64,000 nucleotides of DNA from a bacterium (GTDB lineage: Bacteria > UBA8248): positions 292,168-356,167 of the forward strand of contig CBDBZY010000003.1 in the NCBI GenBank assembly GCA_965213685.1. The letters run 5' to 3'. Made by a program: the position numbers and the translations under genes. The notes under the pieces are model-generated. The model was not told where the DNA came from. It saw only the letters and a program-made list of their open reading frames with translations, and ran no database searches. Position 1 is the stretch's first letter. Each line of letters starts with the position of its first letter. This document shows, piece by piece, positions 50,075 through 63,874 of this stretch.

Positions 50075-52711
50075 ATGAACATGGATGAATGTACCCATAA
50101 GACGCAAGAGGCGATTCGCCACGCCCAGGAGCTGGCCCAGCAGAGAGGGCACCAGGGCATCGCGCCCGCCCACGTGCTTTTGGCGCTTTTGGCCCAGCCG
50201 GAGGGCGTGCTTGCGCCTGTGATCGAAAAGGCGGGGATAGACGCCCATGCGCTGGGTCGCGCTCTGGAGAAGTCCCTGGAGAAACTGCCCAAAGTTACCG
50301 GAGGCGGCGCCTCCGCCTTCGTCGCGCCCGAGTTGGCGACGCTCTTGCAGGCGTCCCGGCGGGAGGCCAGGGCTATGGCGGACGAGTATGTGAGCGGCGA
50401 GCACCTGCTCCTGGCCGCACTGGAGGGCGGCGGGGCCGACGTCGCGAAAATCTTGCGCGCAGCCGGCCTCCATCGGGAGGTCGTGCTCTCGGCGCTCAAG
50501 GATGTCCGGGGAAACCAGCGGGTCACCGACCAGGACGCGGAGAGTCGCTACCAGGCGCTGGAGCGTTTCGCGGTCGACCTCACCGCGCAGGCCCAAGCCG
50601 GCAAGCTCGACCCCGTCGTGGGGAGGGACGAGGAGATCCGGCGCGTCATGCAGGTGCTCTCCCGGCGCTTCAAGAACAACCCCGTGCTCATCGGGGACCC
50701 CGGCGTGGGCAAAACCGCGATCGTCGAGGGACTGGCCCAGCGCATCGTGAACGGCGATGTGCCGGAGGGGCTGAAGGGCAAGCGCCTGCTGGGTCTCGAC
50801 ATCGGCTCCCTCATCGCGGGCTCGAAATTCCGGGGCGAGTTCGAGGACCGGCTGAAAGCCGTGCTGAAGGAGGTGAGCGAGTCTGCGGGCGAGGTCATCC
50901 TGTTCATCGACGAGCTGCACACCGTCGTGGGCGCCGGCGCGGCGGAGGGGGCGGTGGACGCCTCCAACCTGCTCAAGCCGGCCCTCGCCCGCGGAGAGCT
51001 GCACTGCGTGGGCGCCACCACGCACGATGAATACCGAAAACACATCGAGAAGGACGCGGCGCTCGAGAGGCGCTTCCAGCCGGTCGTGGTCGATGAGCCC
51101 AGCAAGGAGGACACCATCTCCATTCTGCGCGGGCTGAAGGAGAGATACGAGATTCACCACGGCGTCCGCATCCTCGACAACGCCCTGGTCGCCGCCGCCG
51201 CGCTCTCCCATCGCTACATCAGCGATCGCTATCTGCCGGACAAGGCCATCGACCTGATCGATGAGGCCGCGAGCAGCCGGCGCCTCGAACTGGACAGCCT
51301 GCCCAAGGAGATCGACAGCCAGGAGCGCGAGCTGCTTCGCCTGCGGATCGAGGAGCGCGCCCTGGAGGGCGAGGAAGGCGCGGACAGCCGGGAGCGCCTG
51401 GATCGGATACGGAGCCGGATAACCCTGCTGGACGAGCAGAGCCGGGAGCAGCGAAGACAGTGGGAGGACGAGAAGGAGGCCATCTCCCGGGTGCGCGAAC
51501 TCAAGGAGCGCGTCGAGGAGCTGCGGGCGGAGGCCGCGCGCGCGGAGCGCGAGGGGAACCTCGGCCGGGCGGCGGAGCTGCGGTATGGCGCAATCGTCGC
51601 GGCGGAAAAAGAGATCGCCCAGGCGGAGGAGCGTCTCGGAAACGAGGCCGACGGGCGGATGCTCAAGGAGGAGATCGGCGAGGACGACGTGGCCGCCATC
51701 GTGAGCCGCTGGACGGGCATCAACGTGAACAGACTGCTGGAGACGGAGCGGGAGAAGCTCCTCCAGATGGAGGAGAACATCCACAAGCGCGTCGTGGGGC
51801 AGGATCGGGCGGTGGAGGCGTTGTCGGAAGCCGTGCGCCGCGCCCGCGCCGGCATCATGGACGAGAACCGGCCCATCGGCTCGTTCATCTTTCTGGGCCC
51901 CACCGGCGTGGGCAAGACGGAGCTCGCCCGCGCACTCGCGGAGTTCCTCTTCGACGATGAGGCGGCGATGATCCGCGTGGACATGAGCGAGTACATGGAA
52001 AAGCACGCCGTGGCCAGGCTCATTGGAGCACCGCCCGGGTACGTCGGCTATGAAGAGGGCGGGCAGCTCACCGAAGCGGTGCGGAAGAAGCCCTATTCCG
52101 TGCTTCTTCTCGACGAGATAGAAAAGGCGCATCCCGACACCTTCCACATTCTCCTGCAGCTGCTCGATGACGGCCGGCTGACGGACGGCCACGGCCGCAC
52201 GGTGGATTTCAGGAACACCGTCGTCATCATGACGAGCAACGCGGGCACCTCCGAGCTCTCCCAGACCGAGATCGGTTTCGGCGAGGGCGGCGCGGGCGAG
52301 GGCGATCAGTCCGGGCAGCTGCTCCGGGCGCTTCGGCAGGTGTTCCGGCCCGAGTTTCTCAACCGGATTGACGAGGTCATCGTCTTCCGCTCGCTCACCA
52401 GGGCGCAGATTCGCGACATCGTGGACATTCAGCTGCGGGACCTGGAGAGGCGCCTCGAGGCGCAAAAAATAGGATTGCGCCTGACGGACGCCGCCAAGGA
52501 CTTCCTGGCGGAGCGCGGCTATGACCCCGTCTACGGCGCGCGGCCGCTCAAGCGGGCGATTCAGACGCACCTCATGAATCCGCTCAGCAAAAAGCTGCTG
52601 GCCGGAGAGTTTGGGGCCGGCGAAACCGTCGAGGCGGATCATGCGAGGGGGGCGGACGCGCTCTCCTTTGGCGTCGTCATGGAGATGGAGGCCGGGGCGG
52701 TGAAGACGTAG
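50075..52711 (+). CDS. clpB: Chaperone ClpB
   Basis: Two AAA+ modules ([16 protein letters not shown]), long M-domain (AAELRYG), [14 protein letters not shown]. Confidence 0.97.
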   Translation: MNMDECTHKTQEAIRHAQELAQQRGHQGIAPAHVLLALLAQPEGVLAPVIEKAGIDAHALGRALEKSLEKLPKVTGGGASAFVAPELATLLQASRREARAMADEYVSGEHLLLAALEGGGADVAKILRAAGLHREVVLSALKDVRGNQRVTDQDAESRYQALERFAVDLTAQAQAGKLDPVVGRDEEIRRVMQVLSRRFKNNPVLIGDPGVGKTAIVEGLAQRIVNGDVPEGLKGKRLLGLDIGSLIAGSKFRGEFEDRLKAVLKEVSESAGEVILFIDELHTVVGAGAAEGAVDASNLLKPALARGELHCVGATTHDEYRKHIEKDAALERRFQPVVVDEPSKEDTISILRGLKERYEIHHGVRILDNALVAAAALSHRYISDRYLPDKAIDLIDEAASSRRLELDSLPKEIDSQERELLRLRIEERALEGEEGADSRERLDRIRSRITLLDEQSREQRRQWEDEKEAISRVRELKERVEELRAEAARAEREGNLGRAAELRYGAIVAAEKEIAQAEERLGNEADGRMLKEEIGEDDVAAIVSRWTGINVNRLLETEREKLLQMEENIHKRVVGQDRAVEALSEAVRRARAGIMDENRPIGSFIFLGPTGVGKTELARALAEFLFDDEAAMIRVDMSEYMEKHAVARLIGAPPGYVGYEEGGQLTEAVRKKPYSVLLLDEIEKAHPDTFHILLQLLDDGRLTDGHGRTVDFRNTVVIMTSNAGTSELSQTEIGFGEGGAGEGDQSGQLLRALRQVFRPEFLNRIDEVIVFRSLTRAQIRDIVDIQLRDLERRLEAQKIGLRLTDAAKDFLAERGYDPVYGARPLKRAIQTHLMNPLSKKLLAGEFGAGETVEADHARGADALSFGVVMEMEAGAVKT

Positions 52712-52836
52712 GAAACACTCCCGGAAACGCTCCCGGAGGAGGGCGCGCCGGCTGTTGCTGCGGCGTCCGGGAAGCCGGGCGGAAACAGGAGATGCGAGAT
52801 TTTGATGCGCATATTTTGCTATGAGGAGAAACGTTC

Positions 52837-54759
<1,923 letters not shown>

Positions 54760-54783
54760 GCGGTTCGCCTGGATGAGGATGGC

Positions 54784-55740
54784 ATGCCCAAGCGTGATTA
54801 CTATGATGTCCTGGGAATTGACCGGAGCGCTTCCGACGCCGAATTGAAGCGCGCCTTCAAGAAGCTGGCGCGGAGATATCACCCCGACGTCAACCCGGGG
54901 GACAAGAAGGCGGAGGAGCGCTTCAAGGAGATCAGCGAGGCATACGCCGTCCTATCGGACGCGGACAAGCGCAAGCAATACGACGCCATGGGACACGCCG
55001 CCTTCGGCGGCGGGAGTCCCTGGGGGGAGGGCGGCGCCCCGCCGAGCATGGAGGATATTCTGCGCGAGTTTGGCCTGGGCGATATTCTGGGAGGGATGTT
55101 CGGCGGAGGCCGCGCAGACCCCAGGCGCGGGGGGTTCCGGACGCAGCCTCCGCCCCCCCAGCGGGGCCAGGACGTGAACTACTCGATGGAGATTGGCTTT
55201 GACGACGCTCTCAAGGGGCTCCACACCACCATCACCGTGCCGAAGACCACCTCCCGGGACGGCAGGATGCAGCGCGGCACCGAACGCATCCAGGTGCGGA
55301 TACCGCCCGGCGTCTCGAACGGCTCCCGCGTCCGCCTCGCGGGCAAGGGGGAGTCCTCCCTGAACGGCGGGGGGAGTGGAGACCTTTTCATCGTCACCAA
55401 GGTGCGGGAGCACCCCTTCTTCGAGCGGAAGGGGGACAACTTGTATCTCGAGCTTCCCGTCAGCCTCGGCGAGGCGCTGCTGGGCGCCCGCGTGGAGATC
55501 AACACGTTCGAGGGGGCGACCAAGATGACGATTCCCCCCTCCACCCAGAATGGCCAGGTTTTCCGGCTTTCGGGGAAGGGCGCCCCGAGGCTGAAGGGGG
55601 GCGGCAAGGGCGATTTGTACGTCACCGTCCGCGTGCTGCTGCCGGAGGGCGTGGATGAGGAGAGCAAGGAGATGATCCGCGAGTTCGAGCGGCGCAACCC
55701 GACGTCGCCGCGGGCGAAGATGACGGGCGTGAGCCTGTAG
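54784..55740 (+). CDS. DnaJ-class co-chaperone without zinc finger (CbpA-like)
   Basis: J domain with HPD, G-rich linker, C-terminal domains, no CxxCxGxG repeats. Confidence 0.9.
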   Translation: MPKRDYYDVLGIDRSASDAELKRAFKKLARRYHPDVNPGDKKAEERFKEISEAYAVLSDADKRKQYDAMGHAAFGGGSPWGEGGAPPSMEDILREFGLGDILGGMFGGGRADPRRGGFRTQPPPPQRGQDVNYSMEIGFDDALKGLHTTITVPKTTSRDGRMQRGTERIQVRIPPGVSNGSRVRLAGKGESSLNGGGSGDLFIVTKVREHPFFERKGDNLYLELPVSLGEALLGARVEINTFEGATKMTIPPSTQNGQVFRLSGKGAPRLKGGGKGDLYVTVRVLLPEGVDEESKEMIREFERRNPTSPRAKMTGVSL

Positions 55741-55813
55741 GGGCGGAGGGGCGCGGCGCTTCCTGCGGGGGAGAGGGGGCGGGCGCGTCAGCCTGGCGGA
55801 GCCCCGTCCCGGA

Positions 55814-56233
55814 ATGGTCGAGGAGGAGACCGTGGCGCGTAGAGGGGCGAGAGAGGGGCGCTACACCATTGGCGCGGTGGCCGACATGTTCGGCGTCCAC
55901 CAGCAGACGCTCCGGCTGTATGAGCGCGAGGGGCTCATCTGCCCGGGCCGCAGCGAGGGGAGGACGCGCTACTACTCGGAGGAGGACCTGGAGCGGCTGG
56001 ACATCATCCTCGTCCTCAGGCGGGAGATGGGCGTGAACCTGGCGGGGGTGCAGGTCATCATCGACCTCCGGCAGAAGCTCATGCGCGCGCTGGAGCGCCT
56101 GGGAGAGCTCGAGGAATTGCTCGAGAGCCGGGCGTTCGAGGATTTGCGGGAGAAGATGAACAGCGCGACCCCCGAGATGCAGGCCATGCTTCCCACGTTC
56201 GCCGCCAAACTGGTGCGTTTCAGGAGGAGATAG
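55814..56233 (+). CDS. hspR: MerR-family heat-shock repressor (HspR-like)
   Basis: [42 protein letters not shown]; follows the CbpA-like gene. Confidence 0.82.
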   Translation: MVEEETVARRGAREGRYTIGAVADMFGVHQQTLRLYEREGLICPGRSEGRTRYYSEEDLERLDIILVLRREMGVNLAGVQVIIDLRQKLMRALERLGELEELLESRAFEDLREKMNSATPEMQAMLPTFAAKLVRFRRR

Positions 56234-56235
56234 CG

Positions 56236-57090
56236 GTGCGCACGAATTCCATCAAATCCTTTTTGCTGCTCGGCTTGCTGACGGGGCTGATCCTGCTCAT
56301 CGGGAGTCTCGTCGGCGGAACGGCCGGGCTCGTCATCGCCCTGGTGCTGGCCGTGGGGGTCAACGGATACAGCTACTGGTATTCGGACAAGATCGTTCTG
56401 GCCAGCACGGACGCGCGCGAGGTGCTCCCCGAACATGCGCCGGAACTCTACGGCATGGTGGCGCACCTGGCCCGGCGCGCGCATCTGCCCATGCCGCGCG
56501 TGTACGTCATCCCCGAGAGGGCGCCGAACGCCTTCGCCACAGGGAGAAACCCCGAGAACGCCGCCGTCGCCTTTACCGAGGGGATTTTGCGCGACCTCAG
56601 CCGCGAGGAGCTCGAGGGCGTGGCCGCGCATGAGCTCGCCCATATCCAGAATCGCGACATCCTGCTGAGCACCATCGCCGCCTCCTTGGCGGGAGCCATC
56701 ATGTACATTGCGCAGATGGCGCAGTTCGCCGCGTTTTTCGGCGCCTACGGCCGCGATGAGGAGGATCGCGGCGGCGGCCTGCTGGGCATCATCCTGGCCG
56801 CCATCGTGGCCCCCGTCGCGGCGACCCTTCTCCAGATGGCGGTGAGCCGCTCGCGGGAATACCTGGCCGACGCCGAGGGTGCCCGCATCGCCGGCACCCC
56901 GGTCGGTCTGGCGAACGCCCTCGGTCGCCTGGATGCGGCGTCCCGCCGGGAGGAGCTGGAATGCGCGAGCGAGGCGACGGCCCACATGTACATCGTCAAC
57001 CCGTTGTCGGGCGGCGGTCTGGCGAGTCTTTTCAGCACACACCCGCCGATGGAGGAGAGGATTCGGCGCTTGATGGGAATGCGATACTAG
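56236..57090 (+). CDS. htpX: Zinc metalloprotease HtpX
   Basis: [31 protein letters not shown]. Confidence 0.96.
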   Translation: MRTNSIKSFLLLGLLTGLILLIGSLVGGTAGLVIALVLAVGVNGYSYWYSDKIVLASTDAREVLPEHAPELYGMVAHLARRAHLPMPRVYVIPERAPNAFATGRNPENAAVAFTEGILRDLSREELEGVAAHELAHIQNRDILLSTIAASLAGAIMYIAQMAQFAAFFGAYGRDEEDRGGGLLGIILAAIVAPVAATLLQMAVSRSREYLADAEGARIAGTPVGLANALGRLDAASRREELECASEATAHMYIVNPLSGGGLASLFSTHPPMEERIRRLMGMRY

Positions 57091-57115
57091 GTTTCGGTGA
57101 GGAGGAAGCTGCTTC

Positions 57116-57778
57116 ATGAAAGGCGAGAACACCGGGTTCCGGACAGGCGATGGGAGCGGGTTGGAGGCGGACGCCGTCGGCGAATCGACGGAGGATGGCG
57201 CGCCCCAGGAGGGGCCGCGCGTCGTGGACAGGCGGCGCGTGCGGGAGGACGGCGGAGAGGAGAGTGCCGGGGCGACCGAGGAAGTCCCTCGCGTGCCCGC
57301 GTATGTGGAGCGGCTGCAGGCGAAGGTCGCCGCCGCCGAGGAGAAGTTGCGGCAGCACATCGAGAGGATCGACAAGGAGACGGCCGATTTCCGGGCGCGC
57401 CAGGAGCGCGAGACGGAGCGCAGGGCACAGGAGGCGAAGAGGCAGGCGGTCTCCGGCTTCCTGGGCGTCGCCGACGATCTGGCGCGCGCCACGGCGGCGG
57501 CGGGCGGCGGCGAGCGGGAGCAGGTTCTCGAAACCCTGGTGCAGGGGATCCGGATGATCCAGGGCCGGTTTTTTCAGGAACTCTCGAATTTGGGAGTCGA
57601 GCCTCTCGCGGCGATGGGCGCCGCCTTCAATCCCGAGGAGCACGAGGCGGTGCGCATGATCGAGGTGAGCGACAAGGCGCAGGACGGTCTGGTGGTGGAG
57701 GAGCTGGCTTCCGGCTACAGGATGGGCGGCGTGGTCGTCCGTCCCGCGCGCGTATCGGTGGGCAGATACGCGGGATAG
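57116..57778 (+). CDS. grpE: Nucleotide exchange factor GrpE
   Basis: DDLARA, G..FNPEEHEAV, GY.MG..VVRPARVSV. Confidence 0.9.
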   Translation: MKGENTGFRTGDGSGLEADAVGESTEDGAPQEGPRVVDRRRVREDGGEESAGATEEVPRVPAYVERLQAKVAAAEEKLRQHIERIDKETADFRARQERETERRAQEAKRQAVSGFLGVADDLARATAAAGGGEREQVLETLVQGIRMIQGRFFQELSNLGVEPLAAMGAAFNPEEHEAVRMIEVSDKAQDGLVVEELASGYRMGGVVVRPARVSVGRYAG

Positions 57779-57864
57779 CCGGCGGCGTCGGCTCCCGCTC
57801 TTGAACCGCCCATCTCCCCATAGTATGGTCGCGTGTTTTTTCATTTTTACGGCGGAAGGAAAGC

Positions 57865-59040
57865 ATGAGCAAGCGGGACTACTACGAAGTGCTGGGCGTC
57901 GGCCGGGATGCGAGCGACGCCGACATCAAGAAGGCCTATCGCGCACTGGCCATGCGGCACCATCCGGATCGCAACCAGGGGGACGCGAAGGCGGAGGAGT
58001 TGTTCAAGGAAGCGTCCGAGGCCTACCAGGTGTTGAGCGCGCCCGAGAAGAGAAGCGCCTACGATCGCTTCGGGCACGACGGACTTCGCGGGATGGGGCA
58101 CCAGGGGTTCTCGAGTTTTGACGATATTTTCTCCTCGTTCGGAGATATTTTTGGCGATTTGTTCGGTGGTGCCTTCGCGGGCGGACGCGACCGCCGGGGC
58201 GGGCCGCAAAAGGGCCGGGACCTGGCCTACCGATTCGAGTTGACGTTCGAGGAAGCGGCCACGGGCGTGGAGCGCGAGATAGCGTTCGAGCGTCCCGCCG
58301 AATGCGTGTATTGCGGCGGCAGCGGGGCGAAGTCGCCCGATTCGGTTCGGGAGTGCCCGTCCTGCGCGGGCAGCGGCCAGATGGCCTATCGCCAGGGTTT
58401 TATCACCTATTCCACCACCTGCCCGGACTGCGGCGGCACAGGCTCCAGGATTGCGGCGCATTGCGCGGAGTGCGGGGGAGCGGGGCGTCGCCAGGAGCGG
58501 AGGAAGGTGAAGGTGAAGATTCCGCCCGGCGTGGACGAGGGCTCCAGGCTGCGTCTGCGCGAGGAGGGCGAGGGAGGGGCGAAGGGCGGGCCGGCCGGCG
58601 ATTTGTACGTTGTCGTCTCCGTGCTTGCCCATGAGGAGTTCGAGCGCAACGGGGCGGATGTGGCGAGCCGGGTGTCCGTCACCTTCTCCCAGGCCGCCCT
58701 GGGCGACACCGTCCGGGTGCGGACGCTGTATGGGGAAGCCGACCTGCGCATACCGAAGGGGGTGCAGTCCTCCGAGGTCCTCCGGCTCGAGGGCGAGGGC
58801 TTTCAGCGCCTTGGCGGAGGCGGACGCGGGGATCACATGTTCATGGTACACGTCCGAACGCCCACGAAACTGACGCCGGACGAGGAGAGGTTGTTCGGCG
58901 AATTGGCGGAGCTCGAACGCGGGAAGGCGGAGAGGAACGGCGCCGGGAAAAAGGGTGTTTTCAGCAAGCTGGGTTCTCTGTGGGAAGCGATATCCGACTT
59001 TCCCGACACCTTTCATCGGGGGGCAGATGATGGAAGATGA
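57865..59040 (+). CDS. dnaJ: Chaperone DnaJ
   Basis: J domain HPD, G/F region with DIF repeats, four CxxCxGxG motifs. Confidence 0.97.
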   Translation: MSKRDYYEVLGVGRDASDADIKKAYRALAMRHHPDRNQGDAKAEELFKEASEAYQVLSAPEKRSAYDRFGHDGLRGMGHQGFSSFDDIFSSFGDIFGDLFGGAFAGGRDRRGGPQKGRDLAYRFELTFEEAATGVEREIAFERPAECVYCGGSGAKSPDSVRECPSCAGSGQMAYRQGFITYSTTCPDCGGTGSRIAAHCAECGGAGRRQERRKVKVKIPPGVDEGSRLRLREEGEGGAKGGPAGDLYVVVSVLAHEEFERNGADVASRVSVTFSQAALGDTVRVRTLYGEADLRIPKGVQSSEVLRLEGEGFQRLGGGGRGDHMFMVHVRTPTKLTPDEERLFGELAELERGKAERNGAGKKGVFSKLGSLWEAISDFPDTFHRGADDGR

Positions 59041-59554
59041 AAGCGCAGAAGAAAAGGGATTCAAGGTTTCCGACCGAAGGTTCTCGGTGCGGGGATATGA
59101 GGATGAGGAAGCCTCGGGCGCGAGCGATGGACGGCGGCTTTCTTCTTCTCTGGACGCCGCCGGGGAGGGCGCCTCTTCGGCTTCGGCGGAGCCGCGCGCA
59201 GCGGCGTCGGCGCCCAGGCCGGTGAGGAGTCCCCGCCCGGCGCCGGAGGCGGGGAGGCAGGCGCCCCCTGCGCGGGAGGAGGCGGGCGAGGGGGAGGAGG
59301 AGGAAGAGGACAAGAGCTTCGAGATGCTCGTCGCCATCGTGCAGACGAACGCCCTGGCGGCGATGGGCATTCACCCGCAAACGGGGGAGCGCGTGGGGGG
59401 AGCGGACCCGAGGAGTTCCAAGATGTTCGTCGATTTGCTCGCCGCCCTCAAGGAGAAGACGCGAGGCAATCTTTCCCCCGAGGAGGAGCAGCTCTTGGGC
59501 CGGGTGCACTCCGATTTGCAAATGATGTATGTCCGGGAAGTAGGGTTCGCGTAG
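59027..59554 (+). CDS. DUF1844-like protein
   Basis: GFKVSDRR N-terminus; VDLLAALKEKTRGNLS.EE..LL......LQM.YV. Confidence 0.8.
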   Translation: MMEDESAEEKGFKVSDRRFSVRGYEDEEASGASDGRRLSSSLDAAGEGASSASAEPRAAASAPRPVRSPRPAPEAGRQAPPAREEAGEGEEEEEDKSFEMLVAIVQTNALAAMGIHPQTGERVGGADPRSSKMFVDLLAALKEKTRGNLSPEEEQLLGRVHSDLQMMYVREVGFA

Positions 59555-59634
59555 GCCCTGCCGACCTCCCAGACGCCGGATGAAAGCGTTGTCCTGGAAC
59601 GCAATTCCTCTTGTATCTCATGCCTGGAGGCCAT

Positions 59635-59907
59635 ATGGTTGCGGCGACGTATGATGAAATGTTTGAAGAAGCGCTCGGTGTCGTGAAAAACCGCTTTTTG
59701 CTTTCGGTGCTGCTCGCCAAGCGGGTGGCGCAGCTCAGGCGGGGGGCGGAGCCCCTGGTTCCGGCGCAGCCGCAGGAGACGCCCGAGCAGGTCGTGTTTC
59801 GGGAGATCGTCGAGGAGAAACTCGAATGGCGAAAGACGGCGGCCGGGCTCGACTTGACGGATATGGATCACGATTTTCCTGATGGCGGGTTCGACGACGT
59901 AGAGTAA
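59635..59907 (+). CDS. rpoZ: RNA polymerase omega subunit
   Basis: AL..VKNRFLL.VL.AKR..QL..GA.PLV......VVFREI. Confidence 0.85.
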   Translation: MVAATYDEMFEEALGVVKNRFLLSVLLAKRVAQLRRGAEPLVPAQPQETPEQVVFREIVEEKLEWRKTAAGLDLTDMDHDFPDGGFDDVE

Positions 59908-59928
59908 TCATTCCTCCCCCCGGGAGGT

Positions 59929-61116
59929 TCATGACCGCTGTCCGGAGCACCGGGCAGCGGTTTTTTGTCGCGCCCGCAAAAACGCGCCGATCCTTTCCAG
60001 GCCGGCCTCGATGTTCTCGATGGAGTTGCAATAGGAGAAACGCAGGAATCCCTCTCCCCCCGGGCCGAAGTCCGCCCCCGGGGCGACCGCCACGCCGGTG
60101 GCCTCCAGGATTTCGCGGGCCAGCTCCAGGCTGTCCTCCCCGTGGGCGCGCGCGTCGGCGAAGGCGTAAAACGCCCCCCTCGGCTCGTGAAGCATCCGGA
60201 GGCCGACTTCTTTCAGGCGCGCGAGCATGGTTTTTCGGCGTGCATCGTAAATCCTGCGCATCCGCTCCGCCTCCGGCAGTCCCTCCTTCAGGGCGGCGAC
60301 CGCCGCGTGCTGCACGAAGGAGTTGGCCGAGACGAAATAGTTTTGCTGCAGTATCTCGAGGGTGCGGACATGTTCCGGCGGCGCGATGAGATAGCCGATG
60401 CGCCAGCCCGTCATGGCGAAATACTTGGAAAAACCGTTGATGACGAAGCAGTTCTCCGTAAAGCGGAGCGCCGTGCATTCCTCCTCCCCGTAGCTGAGTC
60501 CGTGGTATATCTCGTCGGATATGATGGTTTTGCCGAGCGCGGCGAGCCTCCCCATCTCCCGGGCGGACAGAGACGTCCCCGCGGGGTTCGACGGCGAGTT
60601 GACGAGGATGGCCCTGGTTTTCGGGGTGATGAGGCCGCGAACGGCGTCGGCCTCCAGTGCGAACCCCCTCTCCGCGCGGGTGGGCACCAGCACGGGCTTT
60701 CCGCAAGCCGACAGGATGAAGGCCGGGTAGCAGGCGTAGTGCGGGTCGGAGAGGATCACCTCATCGCCCCGTTCGATGAGAGCGGAGAAGAGCGTCAACA
60801 TGCCGGGGCTCGTGCCGTTCGTCACCACCACGCGGTCCGGCGATACGGACGCGCCGTATTTCCGCCGGTAAAAATCCGCAATCGCCTCGCGCAGCTCGGC
60901 GATGCCCAGCGCCGTCGTGTAGTGGGTATGGCCGGCGCGCAGGGCGCGCTCCGCCGCGCGGGTGATGACCTCGGGCGTATCAAAGTCGGGCTCCCCCACC
61001 TCGAGGTGGATCACCTCGCGGCCCTGCGCCTCCAGCTCGCGGGCGCGCTCGAGGATGTCCATCACCAGAAAGGGCTTGATGCCTGATATGCGCGCGGGGG
61101 CGCGGGGTTTCGTCAT
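59929..61116 (-). CDS. PLP-dependent aminotransferase class I/II
   Basis: GEPDFDTP, NSPSNPAG, SDEIY, GFSKYFAMTGWRIGY, LRFSY. Confidence 0.95.
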   Translation of the reverse strand: MTKPRAPARISGIKPFLVMDILERARELEAQGREVIHLEVGEPDFDTPEVITRAAERALRAGHTHYTTALGIAELREAIADFYRRKYGASVSPDRVVVTNGTSPGMLTLFSALIERGDEVILSDPHYACYPAFILSACGKPVLVPTRAERGFALEADAVRGLITPKTRAILVNSPSNPAGTSLSAREMGRLAALGKTIISDEIYHGLSYGEEECTALRFTENCFVINGFSKYFAMTGWRIGYLIAPPEHVRTLEILQQNYFVSANSFVQHAAVAALKEGLPEAERMRRIYDARRKTMLARLKEVGLRMLHEPRGAFYAFADARAHGEDSLELAREILEATGVAVAPGADFGPGGEGFLRFSYCNSIENIEAGLERIGAFLRARQKTAARCSGQRS

Positions 61117-61320
61117 CTTGGGAGGGTTCCCGTCTCGAGGATGGTTTTCGCGCGTTTGTCTGCCCGGTAGACTAGTGGTAACATCCTTGGCACTCAATGC
61201 GTTATGCGGATTTTCCGACGGGGATTCCCACAACGCCATCAACCCCCAATGAAAAATGCTCCGCGCCGACTCGTTCGTTCGGAAGAAGTTTCAGGCCGTT
61301 GCGGGGGGAGGGAGAGTTTC

Positions 61321-61614
61321 TTGACGAAGATCGACATTGTCAACCTCGTGTCGGACGATACGGGACTCAGCAAAGTGAAGGCGGAGGAGGCGGTGGAGAC
61401 GATTATCCACACGATCAAGGAGTCGCTCCAGAACGGGGAGTCCGTCATTCTGAGGCGCTTCGGCTCTTTTCAGGTCAGGCAGAAGAACGCCCGCATGGGA
61501 CGCAACCCGAAGACCGGGCAGAAGGCGCCCATCAGCGCCCGCAGGGTGGTGCGCTTCAAGGCGGGGAAACACTTCCGGGAAGCGGTGAACGGCGCCGAGG
61601 TCCGGTTCTACTGA
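61321..61614 (+). CDS. HU/IHF-family nucleoid protein
   Basis: TK.DIV, RRFGSF, GRNPKTG, VRFKAGK; TTG start with GGAG upstream. Confidence 0.93.
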   Translation: MTKIDIVNLVSDDTGLSKVKAEEAVETIIHTIKESLQNGESVILRRFGSFQVRQKNARMGRNPKTGQKAPISARRVVRFKAGKHFREAVNGAEVRFY

Positions 61615-61762
61615 GGGGGCGGGCGGCGCTGCTTCCCGCCTTTCCGTCGCAATCGCCGCGCCCCTCCGTCTCCTCGCGCGGGAGCCTGTGGCCCCCGTCC
61701 CGGGAGCGTCCCCCCGGCTCCGCCCGAGGCCAGCGCGGAATGACGCGCCCCCCGCATGGCCG

Positions 61763-62794
61763 TCAGTCCAGCAGCATGGCGTCGCCGTAGCTGTAGAATC
61801 GATAGCCCACCTGAACCGCCTGCGCATAGGCGCGCAGTATTTTCTCCCGTCCCCCGAACGCGGCGACGAGCATGAGCAGGGTCGAGCGCGGCAGGTGAAA
61901 GTTCGTCAGCAGCATGTCCGTCATCTGAAAATGAAATCCCGGCGCGATGAACAGGCGGGTGCGGAATGCGCCCGCTCCCAGAGGCCGGCCTCGCGCGGTC
62001 GCCTCGATGTGGGCGGACTCCAGTGCCCGAACCACCGTCGTGCCCACGGCGAGGACGCGGCCGCCTCCCGCTTTCGTCTCGCGGATTGCGGCGACCGTAT
62101 CTTCCGGCAGGATGTAGCGTTCGGCGCCCATCTCGTGCTCCTCGACGTTTTCCGCCCGGACGGGCCGGAAGGTGGCGGCGCCCACATGGAGCGTGAGTCT
62201 GGCGATGCGAACCCCGGCGCCCGAGATGTCCTCCAGCGTTCCGGTGCTCAGGTGCAGACCCGCCGTGGGGGCGGCCACGGCTCCCGGGTGGCGGGCGAAG
62301 ACGGTTTGGTAGCGCTCCTTGTCGACCTCCTCAGCACCCCTGCCCAGGTAGGGCGGAATCGGCATCTCGCCAAAAGATTCGAGCCACTCGGGCAGGCCGC
62401 GCGCGGAGGCGAACGCTATCTCCCTCTCCCGGCCCGGCGGTCCGAGGGTGGCGCGATGCGCTTCGTCAAAGACGATGGTCTCCCCCTCCCGCAGGGGCCG
62501 GTTTGCGCTCGCCATGGCGCGAAACTTCCCCGGGGCGAGCTCCTCGAGCAGCAGCACCTCCACCCCGCCGCCGCTCTCGCGTCTGCCGCGGAGCCTCCAC
62601 GGATTCACCTTGGTGTCGTTCAGCACCACCAGATCGTTCGGCCGCAGGCAGCCCGGCAGGTCGGCGACCCGCAGATGCTTCGGCGCCTCGCCCGACCCCG
62701 GGAGGTGGAGGAGCCTGGCGTCTTCCCGATTCGGCGGCGGATACCGGGCGATGAGACGCGGAGGCAGGTGGTAGTGAAAGTCGCCCGGTTTCAT
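61763..62794 (-). CDS. queA: S-adenosylmethionine:tRNA ribosyltransferase-isomerase
   Basis: PIPPY, YQTVFA, AAPTAGLH, LHVG, VGTT, TNFHLPRSTL, YRFYSYGDAM. Confidence 0.98.
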   Translation of the reverse strand: MKPGDFHYHLPPRLIARYPPPNREDARLLHLPGSGEAPKHLRVADLPGCLRPNDLVVLNDTKVNPWRLRGRRESGGGVEVLLLEELAPGKFRAMASANRPLREGETIVFDEAHRATLGPPGREREIAFASARGLPEWLESFGEMPIPPYLGRGAEEVDKERYQTVFARHPGAVAAPTAGLHLSTGTLEDISGAGVRIARLTLHVGAATFRPVRAENVEEHEMGAERYILPEDTVAAIRETKAGGGRVLAVGTTVVRALESAHIEATARGRPLGAGAFRTRLFIAPGFHFQMTDMLLTNFHLPRSTLLMLVAAFGGREKILRAYAQAVQVGYRFYSYGDAMLLD

Positions 62795-63682
62795 GCGTCC
62801 CGCAATCCGGGCCGGCCCTCATCGTGGCGCAGCCCCCGAGCCCTGCGTTTTTCGTCCGTCCCGTCGATGCCGGACGAAGTGGCCGGGTCTTGCGGCCCGT
62901 GCGCTTTTTCTGGATGGAGGAGCTTCCAGATCGCCTGCCGCAGCACGCCCCGCATCACCCGCACCTCCCGTTCGCTCGGCCCCAGCCTGTCGAGCATTCC
63001 CCGAAAGGTGCGCGCCACGCGATTTGGGTCGTTGTGGGGGACGAACCCTATCTGCGCCATGGACTCCAGCAGATGCTCCACCAGCCCCTCGACCTCCCCG
63101 CGCGGTGCGGGTTCGTGTTCGCTCAGGCGGCCGTCCCTCCCGCCGCCGGCTTTCCCGCGTCGGCACCTCCGCTTGTCTCGCGCTGAACAGCTCCCAAAGG
63201 ACGATGAGAACGGCTTGAGAGAGATTGAACGATTCCCCGCCCGGCAGAGCCGGAATGCGCAATTTCTCCTGGCAGAGGTCCAGCTCCTCCGTGAAGAGGC
63301 CCTTGTCCTCCTGCCCGAACACCAGGCCGACTCTTGTGGCGGACGCGCGCCGCAGGAGGGCGCCTGCGTCCTCGCGCGGGCGCATGGTGGGCTGCCGTTT
63401 TCTGCCCAGCCGCCTCGACGTGCCGACCAGCCAGCCGCAATCGCGGGAGGCCTCGCGCAGGCTGGCGAAGTGCGCCGCTTCCGCGAGCAGCGGCTGCGCG
63501 CTCATGGCCATCGAGCGGGCCTCCACGCTTTTGACGTCGCACTGGGGGGAGACGAGGCGCAGGGCGGATACGCCGAAGTGCGACATGACGCGCGCGATGG
63601 CGCCCACGTTCCGCGCACCCCTGGGGCGCACGAGGATGATGACGAAATCGGTATTCTCTTGCAGAGAAAGTGGCTCATCCAT
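62791..63682 (-). CDS. TrmJ/LasT-family SPOUT RNA methyltransferase (one apparent frameshift at ~63110-63180)
   Basis: ILVRP...RNVGAIAR.M..FG, VFGQEDKGL..EEL, SFNLSQAV; C-terminal EHL..S...IGF...REVRVMRG in another frame. Confidence 0.88.
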
Positions 63683-63874
63683 AAGGGGATAATCGACGTG
63701 TTGCGAAAATGCGGGACTCCTGTGCTGCGCGCGCGCCCCGCGCCGGGGCTTGCTCCTCGTTCCGCCCCCGGATGGAGGCGCCTCTGCCGTTTTCATACCA
63801 CGAAGGGGGGGCCGTTGTCATAAGCGAACCGGCGGCGGGGGGTGCCGGTGCAATATGTTTCGTTTTCGCGTAGC

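Noticed and set aside
52711-52737. 12-bp tandem duplication GGAAAC(A/G)CTCCC after the clpB stop
   Set aside because: Two short imperfect copies with no other support; likely local slippage.
63110-63180. Split trmJ as two genes
   Set aside because: The two frames encode consecutive parts of one TrmJ-family protein; a single indel explains it.
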